Under the pieces are notes generated by a model, which was not told the DNA's origin, made no database searches, and was given only the letters and a program-made list of their open reading frames with translations. A stretch of 64,000 nt of DNA, from contig NC_043019.1 in assembly GCF_006345805.1 (NCBI RefSeq), positions 24,241,360-24,305,359 of the forward strand. The letters run 5' to 3'. Below are positions 14,325 through 27,315 of the stretch, one piece after another (position 1 is the stretch's first letter; every line of letters begins with the position of its first letter). A program made the translations under genes and the position numbers. Origin of the DNA: Octopus sinensis. Taxonomy: Eukaryota.

Positions 14325-15621
14325 CAGGATGCACTATTTAATTGTCCTCTAAATTACGGAAACACGAAAATAACACTGACGCCTCATTTTAACAGATGTT
14401 TCTTTTACCGAAATCACATAAAGTTATCATGAAATACTAAAGAGTAAATTTATTCAATAAAATCGCCATTGGATTCAACCACGGTTTCCAGACGATTTCG
14501 GAATCTCCTGCAAATCTTCTGAACAGTCTCCTTGTTTAAGTTGGTGAATGCTGCCATGATCCTTGCCTTCAGTTTATCTTTGATGCTACAAGCAGTTGTG
14601 TTGGTCACTCGCTCAACTGCGCCACATACATAATAATCAAGAGGTTTTCATTCTGGTAAGATAGGTAGCCAGTTGTTAGGGGTGATGTGGCCACAGAAAT
14701 GCTCTGACAGCCATGACTGGGTTCTTCTGCTTGTGTGGCATGGTGCAGAATCCTGTTGCCAGACATAAGGAGTTCCAACAACCGCCCTCTTGACCATGGG
14801 CAGCACTACTTCATCGTGGCACCTGATATAGGCATCCGTGTTGATTCTGTGGTTGTATGGGAAGATGAATGGAGGCATAACGTCGCCATCACTAGTCACC
14901 ACACGAAATACCATGATGCTCACTGGATATTTGATTTTTATCACTCTTGGTACATGATTTGGGACATGGCAAGCCAACTGTTGCTCTGTGTTCACCATCT
15001 GATCCTAGCAGAAAATTTTCTCGTCTGAGAAAGACCAAAGCATGTTCGGTTGGAGGGGATGCTTGAGTTTCTTGAAAAACTTGGTCGCGCGGTCTATCCT
15101 CTTCTTCTTGATGGCTTGGGATAAAAATTGTCCTTTCTCATCTTGTATGAGGAGTATCGAATATCTTCATACACTACCTGTTTGATAAGAAAGTCAGACA
15201 CTCCCTTGTACCTCGCGATGGACCTGATTGAATTGTAGGGATCGTTGTCAATCATGGCCTGGATCTCACCAACAAATTGAAGAGTTTTTGTGTTATCAGA
15301 ACGATCAGAGTGAGTTTTCTGAACTACTGTACCTTTGTAGTTACCATTAGATTCATCCCACTCTTTCCGAATCTTCTGCACTCTCCTCAGATTGACACCC
15401 AAACACTCTGAAATGTTCGTATTGGTGCTTCCGGTGCGAACGCCAACAGTACAGCATGTCGTTTCCAAATTTCTGGCAGAGTGATTCGTGTCATGGTGCC
15501 GTTTTTCTTATAGACAGTGTCCAACAGACCCTGATACACTGTGTAATCGACAAAGTAAAAAACCAATGCGCATGTGCGAAATAAAAATATGAAATGGTGA
15601 CAATTTACCCATCGAACCCTG
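14325..15621 (-). mobile_element. maT-type (DD37D) Tc1/mariner transposon, decayed
   Basis: VMPPFIFP...PYVWQQDSAPCHTSRRTQSWLSEHFCGHITPNNWLPILPE*KPLDYYV: 37 positions between the second and third catalytic D. Right TIR ggtgacaatttacccatcgaaccctg; left TIR only weakly similar. Confidence 0.85.
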
Positions 15622-16314
15622 CATATACACACACTCACACACACACACATATACGTATATGGCTTATGTATACGTTTATATATACACATATATATATATG
15701 TGTGTGTGTTTGTAATCAAAATAAGCAACAGTATATCAAGTAGTGATGCAGTTCGATCGTTTCAAGCGGATCCATTTAATTGAACAATGCAATCATTACA
15801 TCAATTTAAATGCAATGCTATCTTCAGTTGCACATTTATGACCATACCTAGCCTAACTTTTATAATAATTGTAATAGTAGCAAACAGCATAATAGTAATG
15901 CTAAAATAATAAACGCAAGTAATGAAAGTAAATTTAGGACGTCTAATGTACAAAGTGCAACAATCCGTGTTAAATCCCATCTCAAACCCTTGACTGTAGA
16001 TAAAATGGAAAGTAGCAATTATACTAAACAGTAGATAATATGGAAAGTAGCAGTTATACTAAATGTAATACAGAGTTATAATACGAGTACTAATGAAAAT
16101 ACTTTTTATGATGACAGGGTTAGTAGTGAATGTTTATTTGAAAATTATTGTAAACAAAAGAATGTTGTTTACAGATGTACGGTGATATCTGAAGGTAAAT
16201 TTTCTTTTACATGGGAGTAACGCAAAATGTTGTTAAGAAATGCGTCTCTAACCATATTTACACCTTTAATAATAGGAATAGGTCTTCTTTTATCAGCCTT
16301 AGTAAATTTATTTG

Positions 16315-16460
16315 AGATTTGAAAGACAGGAAAAAAAGGTTTTCTGTGGAGTGGGAGATTATAAGCAAGGAAACTCCTTTAGTGGGAGATTATAAGCCTG
16401 GAAACTCCTTTAGCTTTCTCTGTTTTGAAGAATTATTCAAGATCTTATATTCTAGGAGAC
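16315..16460 (+). mobile_element. Possible Penelope-like element C-terminal fragment with a short tandem duplication
   Basis: FSVEWEIISK...YKPG...LCFEELFKIL resembles the PLE endonuclease tail; agtgggagattataagc..ggaaactccttt occurs twice. Confidence 0.35.
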
Positions 16461-17021
16461 TGGTTTTTATTCTATTGGTCACTTTTGCCAAACTGCTAAG
16501 CAACTCTAACACACACACACACACACACACAGACACACACACACACACACACACACACAATCATGGAATTGTGTCTGTGATCGGGGTGTTAATGTAATGT
16601 ACAACGAGATTGTTTGCTATTTTGGATAATACTAAATGTCAAGCACATCTTGTCTCTTTGTGCATAACTAGATCTAAAAAAGAACTACATTCAAGCGGTA
16701 AACTGCCTTGCATAAGGTCCCTGTGTATGGGAATATATCACTTCCTAATTTTCTGCTTAGAATAGACATCGTAAACTAGGTATAATTTCCGTTTCTTTTT
16801 CACTTATTACTTTTCCTTCTTGTTGATAAAGTGCATAGCTCAAAACCTCAAATTCAATTTTTTCCCTTTCATGGGGATATTTATTTTAATTTTTCACACT
16901 CTTTTATAGCTATTGTTTCGTTTCATAGTTCTGCAATATGTCTTACTTATTTAACTTTATATATTTATTTATTTGTCATATTTCTCGTTTTAAGTCTGTG
17001 TTTATATATACCTATATATAT

Positions 17022-20000
17022 AAACAAAAGATTATACATCAGCTAACCTGGCTCCATCAAACTCAAACTCGCAGATGGGACTATCCACAATACACAAGAC
17101 CGCCACAGCAAATAGACCCAAAATGAACACCGCCAGCAACAGTATACACCTCACCTCGATGCTCCTACTGAACATCAGAGGACTGCTAACACTCAGTAAT
17201 AGGACAAAAATCCCGTTCTTGAGAGACTTTGTTGCATGCAATCAAGTCTTATGCATAGCACTTACGGAAACACACCTGAAACCGGACATAGCAGATGCGG
17301 AAATACACATACCCCAGTATGTTGTACTACGGACCGACAGAAAAAGAAAGGAGTCATGGAGGAGTTGCTATGTACATCTGTGAGGACCTCACACCCCAGG
17401 TCCTCTTGTCATACTCAAATTCGGTGTGTGATACACTAATTGTACATATAAGGCAACTTGGTGTAGTTATATGTGCTACATATCGCCCTCCAGATGCCCC
17501 AAGCCATGTAGGCAAGTTTGAAGACTGCCTTATAAAAATAGAAGAAGTTCTAGTCACATTAGAACAACACATAAGTGTACTTCTTATGGGAGACTTCAAT
17601 CTACCCAACGTCAGATGGCCCGAGGCCCTTTCTCCCCCAGGTATGACACGATGTGAACGAGGACAGGCGAGGTCCCTCCTGAACCTCATCAACACTCTGT
17701 ACATGGAGCAAGTAATACTCCAACCAACCAGGGCAGGTAACATACTGGATCTCTGCTTCACAAATAATATGGAACTCATCCATAATGTGAAAGTGACGCC
17801 GACACTACTCTCAGATCACAACACGGTAGAGCTGACCATGCACGGGCCAAAGGAAAGCATGGACATGCAGCCTACAAGAAACACTCAGAATCTTTCCAAC
17901 TTGAACTTCCATAAGGCAAACTGGAAACAAATTGAGAAAGAGATCCTCAATCAAAACTGGCCTGAATGTCTATCCTCGCCAGACATCGACATGAAACTTC
18001 AACAATTCAAGTCTGTAATGCAAGCCATATGCTACATATGTGTCCCAGAGAGAAAGGCCACTGTACACAAGAGCAAAATCCCCAGAGAGAGGAAAATTCT
18101 AATGAGACGGCGTACAAAAGTTTCAAATCGCCTAAACAAACAAATTGAAAGCAGTGAAAAGTCCCGCCTGAAAATAAAACTGTTGGAAATTGAAAAATGT
18201 CTGCAACTCACCCATGAAAAAGAAAGAGCAGACAAAGAAGCCTGGGCTATAGACAACATAAAATCTAACCCCAGAGCTTTCTACAGGTATGGCAAAGAAA
18301 CAGCTACGGTGCACTGCAGGATAGGGCCACTCCTTGAAAAGGATAGCACACTCACAGAAAATCCAATGAGGGTAAGTGAAATACTAAATGAGCAATTCAA
18401 GAGTATTTTCACTCCACCCCTAGGGCATTTTCAAGTCAGCAATCAAACTGATTTCTTTACCACTGCAGATATAAAATCAGAGGCAGTGATGATTGATTAC
18501 ATCAATATAAAGGAAGACAATGTAATAAAGGCTATTGATGAAATGAAAACAAACTCAGCTACTGGCCCCGATGGATTCCCAGCAATCCTTCTAAAAGTAT
18601 GTAAGAGAGTCCTAGCAAGACCACTGCAGTTCCTCTTTCAGAGCTTCCTTGCAACTAGCAAACTTCCAAGAAAACTGAAGGAAGGTAAAATATGCCCTAT
18701 TCATAAAGGAGGTAGCAGAGCGGAGGCCAAGAACTACAGACTTATCGCTCTGACCTCACATATCAGCAAGGTCATGGGACGAATAGTCAGAAGGAAACTA
18801 ATCACCTTCCTTGAAGAAAATGACTTGCTGCCTGACACCCAACATGGTTTCCGACCAGGAAGAAGCTGCTTAACTCAGCTCCTACAACACTATGACTGGG
18901 TGCTGAAACGACTGCTCAACCACTCAAATGTGGAAGTGATATATCTCGACTTTGCAAAGGCCTTTGATAAAGTCGATCATGGAATGATATGTCACAAACT
19001 GCGTGATCTTGGCATAGTTGGAAAATTGGGAGAATGGCTTCATGACTTTCTGAAGGATAGAAATCAGGTGGTAGAAGCTTCCATTAACAGGCAAATAGTG
19101 AGCGGTGTTCCGCAAGGCACTGTTCTGGGACCACTACTGTTCATAATGGCCCTCTCAGACATGCCCTCAGCCACAAAGAGAGCCACGATCACAAGTTATG
19201 CAGATGATACAAAAGTTTCACAGGCAATACAGAACCCTGAAGACGCTAAGCACCTGCTATGTGAGCTGGACAAAATATACAAGTGAGCTGAAAAGAATAG
19301 CATGCAGTTCAATGCTGAAAAGTTTCAAGCTTTATACTATCAGCATGCAAAACTAAATGCAATACCCAATAAATACACTGAACCTGGAGGGATTGCAATC
19401 CCAGAGGCACAATCAGTGCGAGACCTGGGTATTTACATGAGTTATGATGCAACCTTTCATGTGCATGTTGCTAAATTGGCAATGAAATGTAGGCGGCTGA
19501 CCGGATGGATTCTTAGAACCTTTAGAACAAGAGACCAGGAAACCATGATGGCCCTCTGGAGGACACTTGTCCTAAGCCACTTTGACTATTGCTCTCAGCT
19601 ATGGTCACCATCCAGTGTCAAGTTAATCACAGAACTTGAGGCGATCCAACGAAGCTACACGAAGAAGATAGCCTCTGTGCAGCATATAAGCTATTGGGAA
19701 AGACTCAAGAGATTGAGACTCTATTCATTAGAGCGTAGGCGAGAAAGATATGCCATAATATACATCTGTAAGATCCTAGAAGGACTTGTCTCAAACTTTG
19801 GCATCAAGAGTTACACAAATGCCAGAACTGGGTGCCACTGCATAGTGCCAAGGACTCCAAATTTGCCATCAAGATGTAGGACAAGATACTGTGATAGCCT
19901 GGGCTTCCGAGGCCCACAGCTCTTCAATATCCTCCCGAAGAACCTAAGAGACCTGCATGGGGTGGATGCAGATGTCTTTAAAATGAAACTGGATCTCTTC

Positions 20001-20205
20001 TTGTCAGGTGTCCCAGATGAACCAACTTCACGGCAGGAGGTGCAGATGAGGGCAGCTGCATCGAACTCTCTTATGCACCAGATGGCATTTGCTAAAAAGC
20101 ATTCGTGAAGTAAAATCATGTAGCAACACCAAATGGCGGTGCCCCAGCATGGCCACAGCTTGTGAGCTGAAACTAAATAAAATAAAATAAAATAAAATAA
20201 ATATA
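17022..20205 (+). mobile_element. CR1/L2-group LINE copy A (5'-truncated in ORF1, complete ORF2, A-rich tail)
   Basis: APE endonuclease motifs (LLNIRGL, LTETHL, GDFNLP, LDLCF, SDH); RT motifs (YLDFAKAFDKVDH, GVPQGTVLGPLLF, YADD); 3' stem-loop ggcggtgccccagcatggcc; (AAAAT)n tail. Confidence 0.93.
17123..20108 (+). pseudogene. LINE ORF2 (endonuclease-reverse transcriptase, ~990 aa) with a +1 frameshift and one nonsense codon
   Basis: One extra A in the A-run near 17341-17345 converts RTDRK-ERSHGGVAMY into RTDRKRKESW. TGA at 19284-19286 where copies B and C have TGG. ORFs 17295-19286 and 19302-20108 are in the same frame. Confidence 0.88.
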
Positions 20206-20895
20206 AATACGCTTATCCAGAACAATCACAGATACTTGACCATAGCAAATATCGTGTGTGTGTACGATCTTCATTCATTCATTCATTCTTCCTTTCCTTC
20301 TTTCGTTTTCTGTTTTCCTTTGATCCTTTTATTTCTCTCTCCTCACTATCCTCAACATAATCTACTTTTACCATCTACACTTGCCTAATTACACATTGCC
20401 TAATTTAATATTCTGTTTCCACGAACTACACCGTCATTTTAAGCTAGTCCTTGAACTCCCCATCCCCATTCTTTCAGTATGTCACGCTTAGCTTTAGTAA
20501 GACACGATACTCTATCAAAATCGTTTTTCTTTGCCGTTGTCAACAAGTCATTTGCATCCTAATGGTTTCCGTATTCAGCTTCACCCTGCCTCATAAAGCA
20601 GCTTTTCTATGCAACTATTTGGCGTCTAGTCCTCCCGACGTCTTACGCAAGAAAAACTTGGCTCTGGCCAATCCCAACCCCACACTTTTTTGCATTACAT
20701 CCGCATCCACTTTTTGTCTACCTACTCCTGTTTCCCAGTTTCGTTCAATTTTTCCTCATTTCTCACTTTTATATGCTCTCTAGAAAATTTTAGAAAGGAA
20801 ACAGTCTTATATTATAAAAGAGAAACTGATCTCCGACTGTCTGACAATAACAACATCTGTGTAGCGGGAGGGACAATTGGAGAGAAAAAGTTGTC

Positions 20896-20927
<32 letters not shown>

Positions 20928-21599
20928 GTGTGTGTTTAAAAGATAGATATTAGTATTGTCACCTTATTAACTAACAAATTTTGATTTTAAATGCAGTAAT
21001 TTTATGTGCAAGTCAGTCAACACAACGCAACATAGACTAAAAGGAGACTATATTTATGTATGTACGTATGTACATACATAAATATCTATACTATAATGGA
21101 GAAAGCTGTTTATTTATTAGGTATGCAACAATTACCAAAAGTACTAAAAGAAAGGAATTATTAAAGACTTGACTGTCTGGAAATATTTTCATAAATTCAT
21201 GTTCTAAGAAATTTCCTATAATTTCGATTTCTCAAGTTTATTGAATTTTTTGAACTCCAATTTCTCGCAAATTTAAATATTTATTTCATTCATTGCGGAC
21301 TATTCCATTTTCGTTTGCAAAGTCTCTCACTTTCTCTTTTAAGTTTTAATCCGCTACATGGAAAACCGAAAATTTTATTAACGTATACGTAATGTAAAAT
21401 CATTATTTATTGAATACATTTTTTTAAAATATCAATATAATTTTTGAACGCGGGATAGCTGTGAGAAGAGCCTAGAAAGTTGGATAATTACTATTACAAG
21501 ACGAGGAGAAAAAAAGTTGGCAACAAGAAACCGAAGCTTGCACCTTATTGTACGTTTCCAAACACTCCCTACCACTAAGCCAATATATATACACAATCA

Positions 21600-22050
21600 G
21601 GGCGGCGAGCTAGCAGAAACGTTAGCACGCCGGCCGAAATGCGTAGCCGTATTTCGTCTGCCGTTCTGAGTTCAAATTCCGCCGAGGTCGACTTTGCCTT
21701 TCATCCTTTCGGGGTCGATTAAATAAGTACCAGTTACGCACTGGGGTCGATGTAATCGATTTAATCCGTTTGTCTGTCCTTGCTTGTTCCCTCTGTGTTT
21801 AGCCCCTTGTGGGTAGTAAAGAAATAGGTATTTCGTCTGCTGTTACGTTCTGAGTTCAAATGCCGCCGATCTCGACTTTGCCTTTCATCCTCTTGGAATC
21901 GATTAAATACGTACCAGTTACGCACTGGAGTCGATCCAGTCGACTTAATCCCTTTGTCTGTCTTTGTTTGTCCCCTCTATGTTTAAACCCTTGTGGGTAG
22001 TAAAGAATTATATGTTTAGCCCCCTGTGGGCAATACAGAAATAAATATAT
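21600..22050 (+). mobile_element. tRNA-derived SINE (family M) with tandem internal units
   Basis: Head ggcggcgagctagcagaaacgttagc; block gttctgagttcaaat...gactttgcctttcatcct...gtaccagttacgcactgg repeated. The central block resembles the Meta-type SINE domain (from memory). Confidence 0.85.
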
Positions 22051-22205
22051 ATATACAAACAATTTGCACGAGGGACTTCAACAGTGACACACACACACAC
22101 ACACCAACACACTCGCGCACACACATAGATACACATACACACAAATGAAAGGAAATGACTGTGTGTGTACGTGCGCGCGCGCGTGTGTATGTTTGTGTGT
22201 GTGCG

Positions 22206-22262
22206 CTGTTCACTGACAAAACTTCGTGCTGCATCACTTTGTGAAGTTTCGTCAGTGAACAG
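22206..22262. other. Near-perfect 57-nt hairpin (pre-miRNA-like or repeat-derived)
   Basis: ctgttcactgacaaaacttcgtg / tgtgaagtttcgtcagtgaacag: 23-bp stem with one A:C mismatch and three G:U pairs, 11-nt loop. Confidence 0.8.
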
Positions 22263-23413
22263 GTCGCGGTTTCAAAGCGACGAAAATACTTTGACACAAA
22301 TGAAATTTTAATATTGAAGTGAAACTAACGATTTTTGTGTTCTTGAATGGCTTACAAACATCCTCAACGCTGCAGTTATCTTTGTTTCAGCACACGATCT
22401 CAGATCAAGTCACTTGGTATGCAAGTACATCTCCATATTTTTTTAATCACTATTGATAAATGTCAGGAATGACCTTCTCAGACTCTCTAATATTTAAAAT
22501 TCTAAACAGAAACAATCAGAGGCAGGGAGTGGGGTTGGAAAAAATTCATAATTTCTCAAATTTTCTTTTTTATAAAAAAAAAATTGGCAAAATAGGTCCG
22601 GAGTGGGATGATGACGGAGGAGGGTGTAAAATAAAGTTTTCAAAACTGCTTTCATACAAAGAAGCCCCACGCCCAACCCCATCATTTAGAAGGCTGTAGT
22701 TTTTTTAAAAAATGGGGAAAATCCCCGAAAAAATTTCTCTCACAAATTTCTTTATAATCGTAATCTATACCGTTTGAAAAGGATTTGTATAAATTTTCAT
22801 TAAAAGATACCCATCTTCCTGAAAGTTTTGAGAGAAAAAAGTCAGATTGTATGAACTTTCCGAAACTCCTCTCTTCACCCGCTCAGAAAAATTCTTACAC
22901 ATAAATTCCTATATTCTCTGAAGCCATAGCATCTAAGCGGTATTAGTAGAACATTTTGTTAAAAAGTATCCATTTTCCTGGATGTTATTAGGCAACAAAT
23001 TAGGGTGAGGACACATCTGTAGTAATGTCCTTTTATTTATACGATATTTTCATTTCATGTTTATTTCATTCATTGCTTGCAATGTTCTCTCTCGCCCTTC
23101 TCTTTCACGCACACACTGTAAAGCTTACAGAGGAGCTGCTGAATTAAAATCTCTGTTGCTTTGAGGGGAAGGTAAAACTTGACAAACTGCTTCTCCCTGT
23201 TGTTGGGGTACCGTGATGTTTGTTTAAAAAAGTGAGATTATGGCTGTGATAAAATAATGAAAGCAATATTTACTAAGCAAGTGAGGACTATTATACAAAT
23301 AAATAAATAAACGTAAAATATAAAAATTATTAGAATTGGGAATCAAAGAACCAAATGTGAAAATATTATCAAGGGGCTAGGAGAAAACCGCCCGCCGGGC
23401 GGTCTTTCTGCTA

Positions 23414-23460
<47 letters not shown>

Positions 23461-23471
23461 TATATACATAT

Positions 23472-23506
<35 letters not shown>

Positions 23507-23796
23507 CATATAGTTATATTTTTCTTGAGTGTGTGTGTGTGTGTTTCTGCATGTCTTTCAACATATAGAAAACTCAACACAGATATAAAAAAAGACGTTC
23601 AATTTGAACAATTTCTAACATACGTTCATGATTAACAAATACTGTGACAGATACGACCTTGTTCAAAATGAAAACGGTATGGCCGGTTGTATCCCCCTGA
23701 AAAATAAAGGAGGGAGAATGAAGAGCAACTCTAAATTTCGAAAACAAACTTTATATATGCAGAGTTCCTCTGCTGCTTCAACCTTGATATCAAATT

Positions 23797-23860
<64 letters not shown>

Positions 23861-23861
23861 A

Positions 23862-23958
<97 letters not shown>

Positions 23959-23970
23959 ATATATATATAT
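23797..23970. repeat. (TCTA)n followed by (TA)n microsatellite
   Basis: Direct reading. Confidence 0.97.
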
Positions 23971-25771
23971 CTGCCCCGCTCTCATCGCTTCTATACGTAT
24001 TGACTCTCGAGCCACTATTGCGGAAGCTGGCGACGCTGAGGGGCATCCCACGAGAATTGGGTTGCGGGATGAGCGTGTCTGCATACGCGGACGACGTCAC
24101 CGTCGTAGTGTTTAGCCAGAAGCACATCGAGCTGGTCGGCGAGACACTGAAAGACTACGAAGCGGTAACAAGAGCGAAAATCAACCGGGAAAAGTCAGTG
24201 TACTTGCGGCTCGGCACCTGGAGAAGCAAGCCCATGCCGTCCATCAGCGCTTCCGTCATGGGACGCTGGACCGACGGTCCGGTCGAGCTTCTCATGGTTT
24301 GGTTTGGTTTAGTCCGGATCTCCAAATGGAGAAGAACTGGGACGAGATAACGAGTAGGGTGGTCACTCTCGCCCAGAAGTGGGCCGAGAGGAAGCTGTCC
24401 CTAAAAGTTCGGGCGGAGGTGGCGAGCACGTACATCGCGTCCGTCATCTACTACCGCCTGACCGTCGTGCTTTGTCCCGACCCTACCATCACCAAACTAG
24501 AACGCATTCTCTTCCACTTCTTGTGGAAAGGATGCGTTCCGATGGTCAGGGGATCCGTTTGCTGCTAACACCCGTTAAAAGGAGGGCTGGACAAGTCGTG
24601 GTTGATGATGCGCAAACACGCGCTGAGACTGCGAGATCTCCGGCTCTACGTAGCCGACGGTGAACAGGTGTGATCGCCGTTTGTGAGGCGCGCTTTTCCG
24701 CAGCTCGTTTCCATGATCGAACTGCAGTCAAGGATCAAACAGAGGCCGAGAGAGGGCGAATAGCACCGCGAGTGTTGCGTTGCTCTCAAGCAACTATGCT
24801 GTCTAGGGCCGACCTTGAGCGACTTCAACACAACCAAAGCATTCTATAGGGGATTAGTGGAGGGGAGGTACGACGACGATCTCGGGGCGAACCTGGGCGT
24901 CGACGAGGAATACCTGACCCGCCTGTTCAAGATGACTTTCGGGCCGGGAGCTATGGACAACTTCCAGAGATCCCTGGCCTGGCAGTGCTATCGAGAAGCG
25001 CTAGCCATTCGGGATAAGCTCTACAAGCAAGGCTCGAGCCGACCTGTCCGAGATGCGGTCAGAGCAACGAAACCGTCCTGCACGCACTCGTACAGTGTCC
25101 AAACATTTCCGACCTGCGGGCCTATGTCAAACGATTGCTATCGCGTGTGGGACGAGTCGGTTTATCAACCGAGTCTATCGTGAATATTGTCGCACCTTCC
25201 TTGAAACCAGAAGGAAGAGCCATTTTCCTCGTACTTGTGGCTATGGCGAAAGAATGTGTACGGTGGACGCATCTGAAAGGTCTAGAGACAAACACTTTCC
25301 TCTCTGGTCAATCTCTCATCAACTTCTTTAAGTATCATTCGAAGAGGAAGGGGAGAGTAGAGAGGGAAGTTTTGTCTAGTGAATGCTTCAAAAAAAAAAA
25401 AAAAAAGATGGGTGAAGGTAGCAAGGAAAAAAGAGAGCCACTTACTGTAATATGTTTTCGTTTTGCATGTAATATGTTTTCGTTTTGCATGTAATATGTT
25501 TTCGTTTTTCGTTTTGCATTGCTCAATGTTCTCGTGGTCTTTTCATAGGTTTTTCTATCCACGGGCAAACCTAATCTGTTTCCCCTTTTCACATTGACAT
25601 TTCTGTGATACACGATCCCTATTGATCGGCCCCACATTTTTCTTCCTTTTTTTCTTTTCACGATCCCTTTTGATCGGAATTCGACCTTTTTTCCACTCTT
25701 CTTCCCAAAATGAAAAGCTCTACCTTATATTTTGTCCCTTCTGTGTTCAGCCCTGCGTGGCCAATAAAGAA

Positions 25772-25772
<1 letters not shown>
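23971..25772 (+). mobile_element. Tx1-type (L1 clade) LINE, 5'-truncated and decayed, GC-rich
   Basis: PLSSLLYVLTLEPLLRKL, SVSAYADDVTVVV, AKINREKS, ITKLERILFHFLWKG, C-terminal HALVQCP-like region; T-rich 3' UTR; AATAAA at 25763-25768. Confidence 0.85.

Positions 25773-25838
<66 letters not shown>
25773..25838. repeat. (TCTA)n microsatellite
   Basis: Direct reading; begins 4 nt after the Tx1 AATAAA. Confidence 0.97.
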
Positions 25839-26064
25839 CCCCTCTCTCTCTTTTATCGCTTTCAGTCTGTCTCTCTCTTTATATATATACATATATAATT
25901 GTTCTGCAATGGCTCTATAACTACCGTCTCGGTTATAACCTTGGAGCCCTAGTAATCCGTTACAGCACTTATCTAGTGTACCTAATCGTTTAGATCACTT
26001 GTGAACTAAAATCCCATACTTTGTATAAATATATATATATATATATAATATATATATATATATA

Positions 26065-27315
26065 CAAGGGTTGGACAAAATATTGGAAACACCTAACATC
26101 ATAGCATCATAATTTTGAAATATCTATAAAACCGTCAAAAGCTTGTTTCTCTTTATGTTTTTTCTTATTTATTATTAGTGTTGCTTAATATGTTTTGCTA
26201 AAGTTGCTGTTTCTTTTCAGATATCATCAGAAAAAAGGTAATTAAACTTCATTAAAATGACTGATCTATCGGACTTTCCAAAGAGGTTAAATTGTTGGTT
26301 CTCGTATGACAGGCTCTAGGGTAACGAAAACAGCCGAAATGTTTGGCGTATCAAGAAGTATTGTCTAGCAAATAATGACAGCCTTTGAGAAAGAGGGAAA
26401 AACCTCCTCGTCGAAACAAAACTCTGGAAGAAAACCAAAACTTTCAGATAAGGATCGTCGGACTCTTACGCGAATTGTTAGAAAGGATCACAAAAGTACA
26501 ACTCGCAAAATTACTGCAGAGCTTGATGACCAATTTCCAATAAAACTATTCGCCGGGAGCTGCACGAAGCCGGATTTTACAGGAGGGCTGCAATCAGAAA
26601 ATCACTACTTTCAAAAACAAACGTTGCAAAGCGTTTAGAGTGGAGTAAAAACCTACAGCATTTGGTCCCTAGAGCAGTGGAAGAATGTTATTTTCTCGGA
26701 CTAGTCATTCTTTACTCTATTTCCAACCACCGGCCGAGTATACGTGTGGAGACAGCCAAACGAAGCATTTGTCCCAGACTGCCTTCTTCAACCTGTTAAA
26801 CACGGAGGAATATGTATAATGATCTGATGGGCTATATATTGGAAATCCGCCGGCCCAATAGTTTCCTTTCATGGCAGAATTAATAGTCAAGAACATTTAA
26901 GGATTTTATCTGATCAAATTCATTCTATCATTGCGGAACTGTTTCCGGAGGGAAACGCAGTCTTTCAGGATGATAATGCATCAATTCACTCAGCTAAAGT
27001 TGTTAATGAATGGCACGAGGAAAATTCTAGTGAAGTTGAACATCTTATCTGGCCACCACAGTCCCCAGATCTCAATATTATTCAACATTTACGGTGAATT
27101 TTAGAAAAACAAGTAAGGAGTGGATATCATCCACCATCACCACTACAAGAACTGGAGACTGGGTTAGCTGAAGAATGGACAAACATTCCTTTGGAAACAA
27201 TTCAAACTTTGTACGAGTAGAATTCAAGCTGTAATTGCTGCCAAAGGCGGTCCTGCCCCAAATTCAAATAAATTTGTTTGAAATTATAAAGTGTTTCCAT
27301 TACTTTGTCCAACGC

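Noticed and set aside
21600-22050. Regularly repeated units superficially like a CRISPR array
   Set aside because: Internal tandem units of a SINE in eukaryotic DNA; no unique spacers and no cas genes.
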